64,000 bases of DNA from Macrostomum lignano (Eukaryota). Positions 53,417 to 64,000 of the stretch are shown here, piece by piece. The stretch is taken from assembly GCA_002269645.1 (NCBI GenBank), contig NIVC01001033.1, positions 13,487 through 77,486 of the forward strand, written 5' to 3'. The position numbers were made by a program, and so were the translations under genes. Below the pieces are notes generated by a model. It searched no databases. It was not told the origin of the DNA and was given only the letters and a program-made list of their open reading frames with translations. Each line of letters opens with the position of its first letter. Within the stretch, counting starts at the first letter, position 1.

Positions 53417-56400
53417 TTAAACTGGTTGAGTCTTGGAAGAATCGCCCTTGCACAGGTGCACAGCGAACACCAAAATAAGAGTCTAAAATTCAATAACAGA
53501 ATATTTGTTAATCAACAGAATTAAAACAAAAAGCATCGAAAGAAAAATCACTGCTATTGTGAGACAGGTTCTCGAGGCATTGTGTGCAGAAAGAAATTGC
53601 ATGAACTTTTCTAACCACCCCGAACTAGATTGTTTGTTCAGCAGCCCGTAGCGTGCCGGGGGGGGGGGCAATTTGAATGTCAAAGGTGTAGTAATATATG
53701 CGCAGCTGCAGCTGACACACCCACGCTCTCTACCCCTGCCTCTGTTTGCCAAAGACTCCACTCCGGTTATTCATTAGTTTATTTACTAATCACCATGGTA
53801 ACGAACAGAAACCTTCCCGTCTCGCAATTAACTTTTCTTCAATACGCCTTTTCATTCTTAAGTGTTTGATAAGTACCTGCTCGATTCATTTTGTGCTGCG
53901 TTGCAAATTACTATGCGCAGAGATAGCTCGTAGATATAATTAGAGAGGTGTAAGCTTTTAAATTGATTCCATGAAAAGCATTTTTGGCTTAGCTAATTAA
54001 AACCAATATTACTAATGAGCACCTGTATGGCTTGGTGCTTATTTTAATGGCAAAAACATATTTAGCTAATTAGTTTATGCCTATTATCATCTGTTCCACT
54101 TTCATAATTAGGTTTTCTGCCTGAGTATATTTTCCGTTGGGTTGGTTTGAATTTTACAGCGTGTGTGTGGAAAAAGGCATCCAACATTTGCAAGGATTTT
54201 TATTGCCTTATTTTCTAAGAAAAGCTAGTTTTACAGTTACTCCTTTCTTTTTACCATCAGCGGTACTCGTCTGTCTTAGGAATACAACGTGAATGTGCTC
54301 GTACACGTATACCTACTTAGCCCCTTGCCAAATCCCACTAGTGTTTTCTTTCTCAGTAAGAATTCTCCAATGCCATAGAAAACACTCTCCATATTCTCCG
54401 CTACCATAGAAAACACTCTCCATATTCTCCGCTACCATAGACAGCACTCTCCATATTCTCCACTCGCTACCATAGACAACACTCTCCATATTCTCCACTC
54501 GCTACCATAGACAACACTCCATATTCTCCACTCGCTGTCAAAGACAACACTCTCCATATTCTCCACTCGCTGTCATAGACAACACTCCATATTCTCCACT
54601 CGCTGTCATAGACAACACTCTCCATATTCTCCACTCGCTACCATAGACAACACTCTCCATATTCTCCACTCGCTGTCATAGACAACACTCTCCATATTCT
54701 CCACTCACTACCATAGACAACACTCTCCATATTCTCCACTCGCTGTCAAAGACAACACTCTCCATATTCTCCACTCACTACCATAGACAACACTCTCCAT
54801 ATTCTCCACTCGCTGTCATAGACAACACTCTCCATATTCTCCACTCGCTGTCATAGACAGCACTCTCCATATTGTCCACTCACTGTCATAGACAACACTC
54901 CATATTCTCCACTCACTACCATAGACAACACTCTCCATATTCTCCACTCGCTGTCATAGACAACACTCTCCATATTCTCCACTCACTACCATAGACAACA
55001 CTCTCCATATTCTCCACTCGCTGTCATAGACAACACTCCATATTCTCCACTCGCTGTCAAAGACAGCACTCTCCATATTCTCCACTCGCTGTCATAGACA
55101 ACACTCCATATTCTCCACTCGCTGTCATAGACAACACTCTCCATATTCTCCACTCGCTACCATAGACAGCACTCTCCATATTCTCCACTCGCTGTCATAG
55201 ACAACATGACACTCTCCATATTCTCCACTCGCTACCATAGACAGCACGCTCCATATTCTCCACTCGCTACCATAGACAACACTGTCCATATTCTCCACTC
55301 GCTGTCATAGACAGTGAAAAGTCACTGATTCAATTTTATCTAGCTATCTGTCATTTTCTCTACAGAGAGTTACTCGTTATTCGTATGAGTTTCAAGTCGT
55401 ACCTGGAGCAAGACGATAGCAGCCGTGCCCAAAGCGGCATAGGTGATGTTAGTCTGCACGGTGGTGTCAATTTTTTCCCAACAGCCAACATTCAAGTTGG
55501 TGTACTGGATCGACGTGTGGTTCGACTGCAGGCAGCCGGTGTAGTTTGAGGTCCGGCAGCAGGTCAGAGGATAGGCGATGTCTACAATCGAGGTGACGGA
55601 TGATGAGAAGGTAAAATTAAGTGCGTCTTGTAATGCAGATGAACAAAACTTTTGCAAAAAATCAATGGTCCTTATTTTAGCTGTTCAGCGTCGCCTGTAT
55701 CAATCACTAAATTTGAAATTTCTCAACTTCTGCACTTCCGAAGGTCGTGGTTAAAACTACTACCTTAAGAGTGTTTGGCCTAGGACAGTTTCAAGAGTTT
55801 GTTTGACTGTGTTGTAGGGAGGCTAAACTATTATCCAGTAATTAACGAGAAGTTACAGGTCTTTCTGGCTCGTATCTCATCAATCTGTCTTTTTCTCGAA
55901 TGATAAAATCAGAAAAATGGCCTGTTATAGAAATTCGAAGTTGTTAAAACTGATAATTGGATGAAAAATAGATTTTTTTCTTTGAGAATCTTCAAAATTA
56001 ATCAATTCAGAACGAGCAAGCCTTAAAATATACACTCACTGGTGTAAGAAACGCTGTTGTACGTCACATTCCTAGTCCACAGCTTGGCCGAAGCGAAGTC
56101 TGTACCGTTCGTGATACCGCAGCATCCAAGACTGGTGTGGAACACATTCCACAGAATGGTTTCCATGTTCATGTTTGAATAGCCGCTGTACTTGTTATTG
56201 ATGGTGTCTTGCATGTACGTTTTGGCTCGGGAGATAAACTGAAAGATACAGAATTCAGATATTATTTAGTAAGTATCTGTTTGTTTACACCGCAGAGTGG
56301 GATCTTACCGTGTCCCTAGCAGCATAGTAGACAATGATCAGAGTTACTTGGCCAGCAATCAGGATTCCCAGCAGTACGATGTACTGAAGTAGAGAGGCAG

Positions 56401-57116
56401 GGTGTTATATAGAAAACTACTAGTAAAGTGACTTTCCCTTCTGCATATAATTCTTCAATGCTGACCAGCACTTGCTAAGAAATTTTTAAGATTCGTAAAA
56501 TAATTGTTAAACTTGTGAATCACCCTCCGACAAACACCAATTTACTCAATTAGCAATATGGAAGCGCAGATAACTATGCGGGTGATTATTAATATTGTTT
56601 AACCTCTTGGACTTACTATAATCAGCATGACCTTCACTTCGCAGCAGACGGCAACAAGTCCAATAACTCCAACAGCCGCAATCACGATGCCCATTATGAT
56701 GAAGGTAACGGCAAGATTACCTGAAGTTTTACCATGGAAGTTTAGCTAGTGAAAATGGCCATCGAATTTAATTACTGAGCAGCTTCAAACTTTACCAGTA
56801 ATCTGAGGCAGCTGCTGGATGTAAGTCTCAATGTCGACGCTAGATCCCGTAGCCTTCAGATAATTGTTCAACTCGTTGATGTAGGTTCGCAAGTAGTTGA
56901 CAACAACAGTTGTCAGGCCAAACTGCAGGATGAAGCCAACGATTAGAAAAATAACGCCTAAAAGCTGGAAAATAAACGATGAGTTGGTGTAATAACGTAA
57001 TTTTTTCATAAAAACATCCTACACTGTCAACATTGATGCACTTTTGAACGACAACTCACCACTGAAACAATTGATAGAACGCCGCTGACAATTTTCATCA
57101 AAGCTTTGACGCACAT
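53417..57116 (-). CDS. Tetraspanin, 282 aa; exons 57116-57060, 56964-56796, 56720-56617, 56383-56309, 56238-56040, 55581-55403, 53482-53417
   Basis: Four TM segments and a large extracellular loop with CCG, PLTCC, C and GC (6 Cys). All junctions are GT-AG with matching phases, and the C-terminus is ..HLCKGDSSKTQPV*. Confidence 0.9.
54372..55315. repeat. 33-35-bp minisatellite (ATAGACAACACTCTCCATATTCTCCACTCGCTGTC) in tetraspanin intron 6
   Basis: About 27 tandem units. Confidence 0.95.
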
Positions 57117-58317
57117 TGTTGTTGCAGTTAAAAGACAGTTAGGTATTAGAACTGTATTAAAGCTTTAATTATTAGCAAGTTGAAGATTGTATTGCTCTTG
57201 AAGCGATTACAACCTTAAATACCCGGTCGATTGCAGCGGATAAGAATAGCAGGTTGAGTCACAAGTTAGTAGTTTCACCTTTGTTTTCCCGGGTAACCAC
57301 GTTGGAGCAGGAAAAATATTAGCGGGGGTGGCTGTGAGGCTTATAAGGCTAAATCCTATGAGGCTTTAGCTTTGCTGTGCAAGTACAATAGAGGAGACTG
57401 CTGCTTCAGGCGAGCCAGTCGGTTGCAATGTTTGCTAGACGCCGCCATGGGCGTTTCCTGCGTACACAGAACTTAACTCAACCCTAGCTCAGTCCATCTC
57501 ACTGTCCTAGTCTCACCCCTCTCTCCAGCTCAAACACCGAGAGTCCCAAGGCCTGCATGGCAAATCCAATCAGCTGTCTTCAACACTGCTCAGACTTCGA
57601 AATCTCCATTTTTCTTCTCCCTGTCTTCTCTCCGTACATTTCGTTTCACCTGTTCTCTTTTACCCTTCAGCGGGAAATGATCATTCCATTCCTATCCTCT
57701 GCTTTTTACAAATAAACTGTGCTGCCACAGTTTCCATGGAAACCTGTCCAGCGAGCTCAAAACTGCCCTTGCAGCAGGCTGCATTGCTTGATTTTATTCC
57801 TGGCTTAATTATTATTCACATCAGGTATCGTTGGATTGTTTTTTTCCGAAGCATGATACCGGTAGATACGTAGACACGTTCGCGTTATTAGTGCACACAA
57901 ATATTTTTAGGTATTAAGATGCATGAAGAAGTTTATAGTCAGAAATAAATAAATATTTTTTTCCTGAATACGTAGCTTGTGTCCTTTGACGGCTCTTATT
58001 TAATTACGAGCTATGGAAATTTCCTGAGCCTTGAAGATTTCTACCAGCAATATAGGACACAGCAGCCCAAAGTCCTACGAGATTCTATACTGAGCTGAAA
58101 TCAATTAATGAAATTCACGATAGAGCCCAAACCTCGATAATTGCATGACTCCATCAATTAGTCGATAGTCTGTGAGCAATGCGCCTAAGCAAACAAACCT
58201 CGTGGGTCCGTTCCTACTCCGCCAAATTCATTGGATGGAACGACCGGACGTGTGCGTTAGATAGTGGGGACTCTGGGAAAAATTGCTATGTAATCATCGA
58301 ATGCATCAAACTACCGA

Positions 58318-60321
58318 TTGCAACAAAGTCTCAGTCAGACTGAAAACGCTACAGAAGACAGACAAGATCACACACAGAACAGTGCCATGGATCAAGAAAC
58401 AAGCATCGAAAGTGATATTAATGATTTCCTCTCTGACGAGGATTTTACGCATCTGCAGTACCTGCTGATGACAGACGATGCCACCGAGCTGGTGCGACTG
58501 CGCCAAAAACATTTTTCTGCTGACGAAGCCAGATGGCAACGCTTCTTGCGCAGTCGATTGTCTCAGAACTACAGCGGTGTTACTCACTCCAGACCGATCT
58601 GTTGCTGCTTGGCTAGTAAAATCAACTCTTCGTGCGGTTCCAAACACCCGGGTGTTAGCAACCCCTTCCTTTTGACTGTGTTTTACGGAGCTGCCGATTC
58701 CATGCAGTACATGCTGCGCACTGGTGGCCCAGATCTGGCCAGCGCAACTGAGGATGGATGGAACGCGTTACACGTGCTGTGCTTTGCCGTCGCGACCGGG
58801 TCTTACAGTGCGCCCACATTGGAGGACGTTCTAAATGGTCGCTGCTTTCAGCTCAGCGACAAGCTGGAGTTACCATCCGCGGCCTCGAACAAGAGGCAAT
58901 CAATTTTCTTTGTGAACTTCATTTATGGAAATTTCTTTGGCCCGAAGCAGCTGTCTGAGTGGTCGTCCGCAGCTCTTGCTGGCTGCGGGCTAACGCCTAT
59001 TGAACTGTCAGTGATACTCGGTCGACCTGATGTGGCCGAAATCCTGCTCTATTGTTGCTCGCCTGACTTTTGCACCGATAGCGTTTCTGAACTGGATCGC
59101 CAGTCCAAGACATTCGAGCATCCAAGGGTACTATTGGACAGCTACGATTGCAATGCAACATCCAACACCAATGCCAGCAGATTCTTTGTCTCCCCGCTTC
59201 TGCTGATGGCAGACATGTTTAGCGTTGCATCAGCTGACGACCTTCAGCGGCTGAAAGCATCGGGAGTTTGGCGTCGCGAATTTATATTTGCCCAGTGGAT
59301 GAACCTGCTGCAATCGCGAAATGGGAAATTTGTATATATCTCAATTGTGGGCTCATTTTTTCTATTCTTCACAATGCTCATTTCAACGACAAAAAGTGCT
59401 CAGAATCTGAGACAAACATGCGCTAACATGACAGCCGACGATTCCAATGCCAGTTATGCTCTGGCAGCGAACACAATGCTGCTCGGCACCCTGCTATCTA
59501 ATTCAGTCTTCATTGCGGCTCTTGTGCGCTTTAAAATACAGCGAAAAAGGTTCCTCTGCCGTCTTGGAATTTGCTCGCATCCGCAGAAAGGAAAGGAATT
59601 GAACAACATATTAGTGACGTTGGTTCTGTTAACCATTTTTGTACTGCTACTGATTCCTATGATACTTACTCCAAAAAAAATCTGCGACTTTGCGGGCGAT
59701 CTTGGCGTGACACTCAGCTCCCTTCTGGTGGCCAGTGTGAACATAGCGGTGTTCTATTGTATTTGCTTATACCTGCGTCTGGTACGATTTCTGAGCAACT
59801 TCACGTGCAGCTTCGTTGAATGCCTAAACACCTTTGGTGCATTCATTTTCTACTATGTTGGAATGATATTCGTGTTCTCGCAGCTATTGGACAGCACTGA
59901 ACTCTTTCCGGCACAGAAAGATAATATGCCGTACTTGTCTCAGATGTACAACACTTTTCTGATTACTCTGAACGTTTTCAATCCGGACATCTTCCAACCC
60001 ATAGCAAGCAAGATGTCGCTGATAAACATCCACTTCTTACTCATCCTAATCGTGCCAGTATTCTTTCTCAACTTCATCTGCGGTTTACTTTCGATGAAGC
60101 TGTGTATCTTCTCTGAGCACGAGCCCGAATACCTGGCAGTTGTCAGCATCCAAATTCTGTCGGCCTTTGAGTACAACATGAAAGACGCTCGACGACTCCT
60201 GGCGCGTATATTCAAAAAGAAAATGGCAAGTCAAAAAATTTGTCTCCACGTGCCGAGCTTCTTGACTTCGCCAAGAATTTTTAAACACTGGCGCGGCAGG
60301 TGTGACGGCAACGGGGAATAG
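58318..60321 (+). CDS. Intronless ankyrin-repeat + 6-TM cation channel, divergent TRPV-like (ATG probably at 58387)
   Basis: A 667-codon ORF with ankyrin-like motifs (DGWNALHVLC, GLTPIELSVILGRPDVAEILL), six hydrophobic helices, a pore-helix-like MYNTFLITLNVF and an S6-like FFLNFICGLLS. Confidence 0.75.
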   Translation: MQQSLSQTENATEDRQDHTQNSAMDQETSIESDINDFLSDEDFTHLQYLLMTDDATELVRLRQKHFSADEARWQRFLRSRLSQNYSGVTHSRPICCCLASKINSSCGSKHPGVSNPFLLTVFYGAADSMQYMLRTGGPDLASATEDGWNALHVLCFAVATGSYSAPTLEDVLNGRCFQLSDKLELPSAASNKRQSIFFVNFIYGNFFGPKQLSEWSSAALAGCGLTPIELSVILGRPDVAEILLYCCSPDFCTDSVSELDRQSKTFEHPRVLLDSYDCNATSNTNASRFFVSPLLLMADMFSVASADDLQRLKASGVWRREFIFAQWMNLLQSRNGKFVYISIVGSFFLFFTMLISTTKSAQNLRQTCANMTADDSNASYALAANTMLLGTLLSNSVFIAALVRFKIQRKRFLCRLGICSHPQKGKELNNILVTLVLLTIFVLLLIPMILTPKKICDFAGDLGVTLSSLLVASVNIAVFYCICLYLRLVRFLSNFTCSFVECLNTFGAFIFYYVGMIFVFSQLLDSTELFPAQKDNMPYLSQMYNTFLITLNVFNPDIFQPIASKMSLINIHFLLILIVPVFFLNFICGLLSMKLCIFSEHEPEYLAVVSIQILSAFEYNMKDARRLLARIFKKKMASQKICLHVPSFLTSPRIFKHWRGRCDGNGE

Positions 60322-61764
60322 TTTTTGCTGACCTGATTAGAGACGAACTGATCATATAATTAAATTTTTCAGAAAAATATAGCTAAACCGTGTAACTATG
60401 CTCTAAAGTACCCTTGTTAACAAGGGACGTTCGGAAAGTTCTGAAATCGCTTAAGCTGCGTATGAAGAGAGAGATCGTTTTCCAAGTAGTCGTATATATT
60501 GTAGTCAGATTAAAAATGTCAGAACTTTCCGGATATCTCGTAAGTACTGCATATTTATTCAAGAGCACATTCTTCCCAACACAAAAGCTTTACAATCTTC
60601 TTCTTTATTAGTTGTCTATCGCCTTCTGCTGTTCATTGTTTTGCAGGCCTTTATGTTTCGTTCTATTACCTAGTTTTACCAACCTGTTAAGGCTCGTATA
60701 GTGCAGTTGTTCCATAACTGTCCAACTATTAACCAATTTATGATGGCCTAATCATAACGCTTGCATGCTCGCAATAGATTTTAATGATCAAAGCAAAACG
60801 GACAAAATTCAAATGCTACAACTGCGTCAATGCGTCGACTGAACTTAAACGCCAGGATAATTTTAGCACCAAAAATTCCTTGGCACATAGCTAACTATAA
60901 TTAATTAGCAGATAATCTCAAATTTATTTGCAGGTTTTCTCTTTTGAATGTCTTAGTTTGCTATTTTCCTACTTTGCACCATGGTATTTTATTCATCAAA
61001 AAGTTTTCTTATACTTTTATTTTACTATGATAAAAACTGACAGTCTACTGTTTATTGTTTACAAAACCGAACCAGCAACATTTGAGTTGGATTATTATTC
61101 CTGGCAATTTTAGTTTGATTGCGAAAACTAATTCGATTGTAAGTGTTGTGTCGTGTAACCTGCCAGACCAACTTAATGATAGATAATATTTTGCGCTAAT
61201 ATTTCCACTATAACGTAAATGCTAACTGTATTATCATTATTATTGTCTATTACTTATACTGCCACTTTAAGTAGAGTAGTTGATAAATGATCTGTATAAT
61301 GTATTACTAATCACGTGATATTTCTAGCTCTTTTTATTTATCGATCGTGCAGTTTTTCTAGTGTAGTTAAAATATCGATCATGCAGTTTTTCTTAAATAA
61401 CAAAAATATAAATAAAGCAACTGTGCGCACCTAGCACTTTACCTTTTCAACTCAACTGGAAAACTTCAAGCCTTGGCTACACAACAGTAAGCAGAAATTT
61501 CCTATAATAATGTAGACTATGACTGATACAAATCAGAAGCTGGTGATGTTGATCACATTGAGCCAAACAGAGTTTTTTCCAGCCTAAACGTGAAAGCAAT
61601 TTATTTTAATGTTAACAAAAGCATAAAGCGTTTTCAACACAGAGTGATAAATTGATATATATATAGTGTTCGTATAACTTTCTAATAGTAGCACTGCACC
61701 AACTCATTTGCTACTTTCAGTAGTTTATAAATCACTATCATATTTGAAAGTCTGGGGACCTTCA

Positions 61765-62621
61765 CTAGCGATGCTCCACTGACAAGTTCTGAAATTTGAA
61801 GCCGGAGCCAGCGCCAAACAGCTGCTCCGTATCCGCCCGGAACGGCGCCTCCACAACGACGCGACCGTCGCTGCGCAGCCGAGCCGTCATCCTGGCCAGG
61901 TCCAGGCCGGACGGCAGGTCGAATTCGTCGCGGAATTCCCGGAAAGAGGCCTTCCCGGCGCTGCGCGAATGACGCTGGCCGTGCACGACGAGGCGAGCGC
62001 CGCCGTCGACTGTAGAGATTCGAACGTCGGCTGGAGAGAACTCGCAGCCTAGATCTATAGTCAGCTGATAGACGTTCAACCTTTTGATTGTCGATAGCTG
62101 CTGTTGCTGCTGCTGATGCTGCTGCGGCTGCTGCTGTTGCTGCGGTTGAATTGTAAAACTGTTCACCGTCAGCATTGGCGATGTTGACTTGGCCGAACCG
62201 CTGGAAGTCTGATGCTCTAGCCGATACCTTGGAGGAACAGCTGGAGCGCTGACCACGAGCTGATTATTGATCACTACGGAGCGCAGCTGACCAGCGTCAA
62301 CGTTGTCCGGCAGGGTGAACTGTTCCTGGAATGACACGCAACCCTGCTGTCCACCGCCCTGGCCATCCAGACTGGTGCTTCCGGCAACCTGAACGCTACG
62401 ATCTCCAATCAAACTGGTGCGCAGGTCTTCCGGTGTGTAACCCTGCACGTCGAAGATCACCTTGTAGAGCACGGAACCGTCCGCCTGACGCTCCCAGTGA
62501 CCGCGAATGTGATCAGGTCCACCAAGACCGCGCAGAGCCGGTGAGGTGGCGATGTCGCTGAATAAGAAGAGTATTGCTGCCTGCCCAACGCCTGATCCGG
62601 TCGGCGGAAGAAGTCAGCCAT
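61765..62621 (-). CDS. Small heat-shock protein with two alpha-crystallin domains (p40/Tsp36-like), ~274 aa; exons 62621-62590, 62557-61765
   Basis: ACD1 reads YKVIFDVQGYTPEDL..FQEQFTLPDNVD..LVVSAP, followed by a polyQ linker and ACD2 IDLGCEFSPADV..REFRDEFDLPSGLD..DGRVVVEAP. The 5' end requires a 32-nt intron (see findings). Confidence 0.85.
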
Positions 62622-64000
62622 GATTTGTGTTCCAGTTTCCAGCAACTGAAAACGTTCGAAATGTTCATTAAAAACACAAAAATGCTACAAAAAGTGCAAC
62701 TTAGAAGTGCTTCGACTTGCGGACGTTTACGCTAATAAAATGAATATTTTAAAGTAATAGCTGATTGAATTACCTGCTATTAGTGTTAGGCGTGACGCTC
62801 TTGTACTACCAAATGAGATCGGCCGTCTTTGGATTCGAAGATCTCTCAGGCAGTTCGCGTTAATCCAACCGTTCCTCAGTCTTCTTCCCAGCCAAAATCC
62901 GAACTGATATTGCGAGGGGAAGTTTTTTTTCATAACTTCAGCCAAGGCTGTAGCGCACATCCACGAGGTACGACCAAGAGGTGCGTACACTGGCGAGCGC
63001 GTATGTGTGCATGTCCCCACCCGATATTCGCTTCTCCCTATGCTCCTCCATCTCCATCCCTGCCTGCCTTCCATATTCGGTTCCTTGAACATTCTGACGG
63101 ACAAACTACAACCACCCCGCTGCACTGGACAGTAGTTAGTCAGCCCCTCTCGAAACAGCTTCGAATCCCGGACCAGACTTCCTTGCGCCGAAGACCAATT
63201 CACCCACCAGAATCTCCAATGGAAGCTAAAATTGCCTGCCCAAATCCTACTATATACTCGTATTGCGGCAAATACTAAGCGACGTGCGCGTATGGGGCTA
63301 TCTCAGGCCGATGGACCACATCAAACTCGGATGCAGAAAAACTGTAGTATAAATTTTCACTATGCACATCGAACCACCTTAGTATCTACAGACTTCTTCT
63401 CGACAAATTTCAGCGAGTGAGCACATGCCATATATCTACATGTACGTGTAAACCAATGCTATCGTTAAGTGGTCCTTTATCTCTTGATTGATAGTGAAAA
63501 AAGCAATGTAAAAATACCAATTAGCCGGCGACGGACACGTCGTTGCATATAGTGACGGACAAGACTACTAAAGTTGCAAGTTAAAATAGAATTACACACA
63601 CTTGAAGTCTTTGAATAACATCAAAGCCAAAGTATGGGGCGTCGACATAATAAGTTATTATAAAACGAGAGATACAACTTTATACCCTGTGCATAATAAA
63701 ATCAAATAAGGAAAAACAAATAAAAAGTACAATGCTAATATGCGCTAATCTTCGGCTTTGCAAACAACGACGAAAATCTGCCTCCAATGAATTTTCCACG
63801 AAAGTTGAGTCTTGCGCCCTATATATATATATATGCAGTATGTTACTTTAGTCGTATGCACAGTTTTTTTATTTTCGTATAGCCTATTCCAAGTGACTAG
63901 TCAAGCTTATGTTTAAAAAAGAAAATACAAACAGGACTACTTTCAGTAATGGTATAGCAGCGACCATTAAACTACATGTAGATTGTATATTTCATTGCGA

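Noticed and set aside
57358-57448. ATG at 57448 (MAASSKHCNRLAR..) as the tetraspanin start
   Set aside because: It terminates after 30 codons without a TM; the 57116-57060 exon supplies TM1 and splices in phase.
62650-62715. GAA/TTC motifs upstream of the sHSP as a heat-shock element
   Set aside because: The spacing does not fit contiguous nGAAn inverted pentamers.
62727-63278. Overlapping 149- and 158-aa ORFs
   Set aside because: No recognisable domain or splice signals on either strand; left uncalled.

Overview
Eukaryotic, intron-rich genomic DNA, not prokaryotic. GC-rich exons sit in AT-rich introns filled with mini- and microsatellites. A two-alpha-crystallin-domain small HSP and the overall architecture point to a flatworm, plausibly Macrostomum (inference). 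Genes assembled by hand from GT/GC-AG junctions: SFT2-like vesicle-transport protein (+, 3 exons); a complete 14-exon, ~1297-aa aldehyde-oxidase-type molybdo-flavoenzyme (+); a C-type lectin plus PAN-like gene with one frameshift (+); an Ig-domain single-pass receptor with an in-frame TAA (+, absent from the ORF track as a gene); neuronal calcium sensor NCS-2-like (-, 3 exons); an LRR single-pass receptor (-, 2 exons); a tetraspanin (-, 7 exons); an intronless ankyrin + 6-TM TRPV-like channel (+); and a double-ACD small HSP (-). Mobile DNA includes mariner and MULE relics, three copies of a tRNA-headed SINE with TSDs, a second SINE family, a 5'-truncated LINE with a 23-bp TSD, and MITEs. Most long ORFs in the supplied track are satellite artefacts. 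The most unusual observations are: (1) a 297-bp MITE with perfect TIRs and an 8-bp TSD carrying a ~60-bp copy of the 28S rRNA R2/I-PpoI target site, altered at the cut site; (2) locus-specific CpG decay indicating mosaic DNA methylation; (3) one 18-bp satellite present in opposite orientations on either side of the NCS-2 terminal exon. All coordinates were read by eye and no database searches were run.
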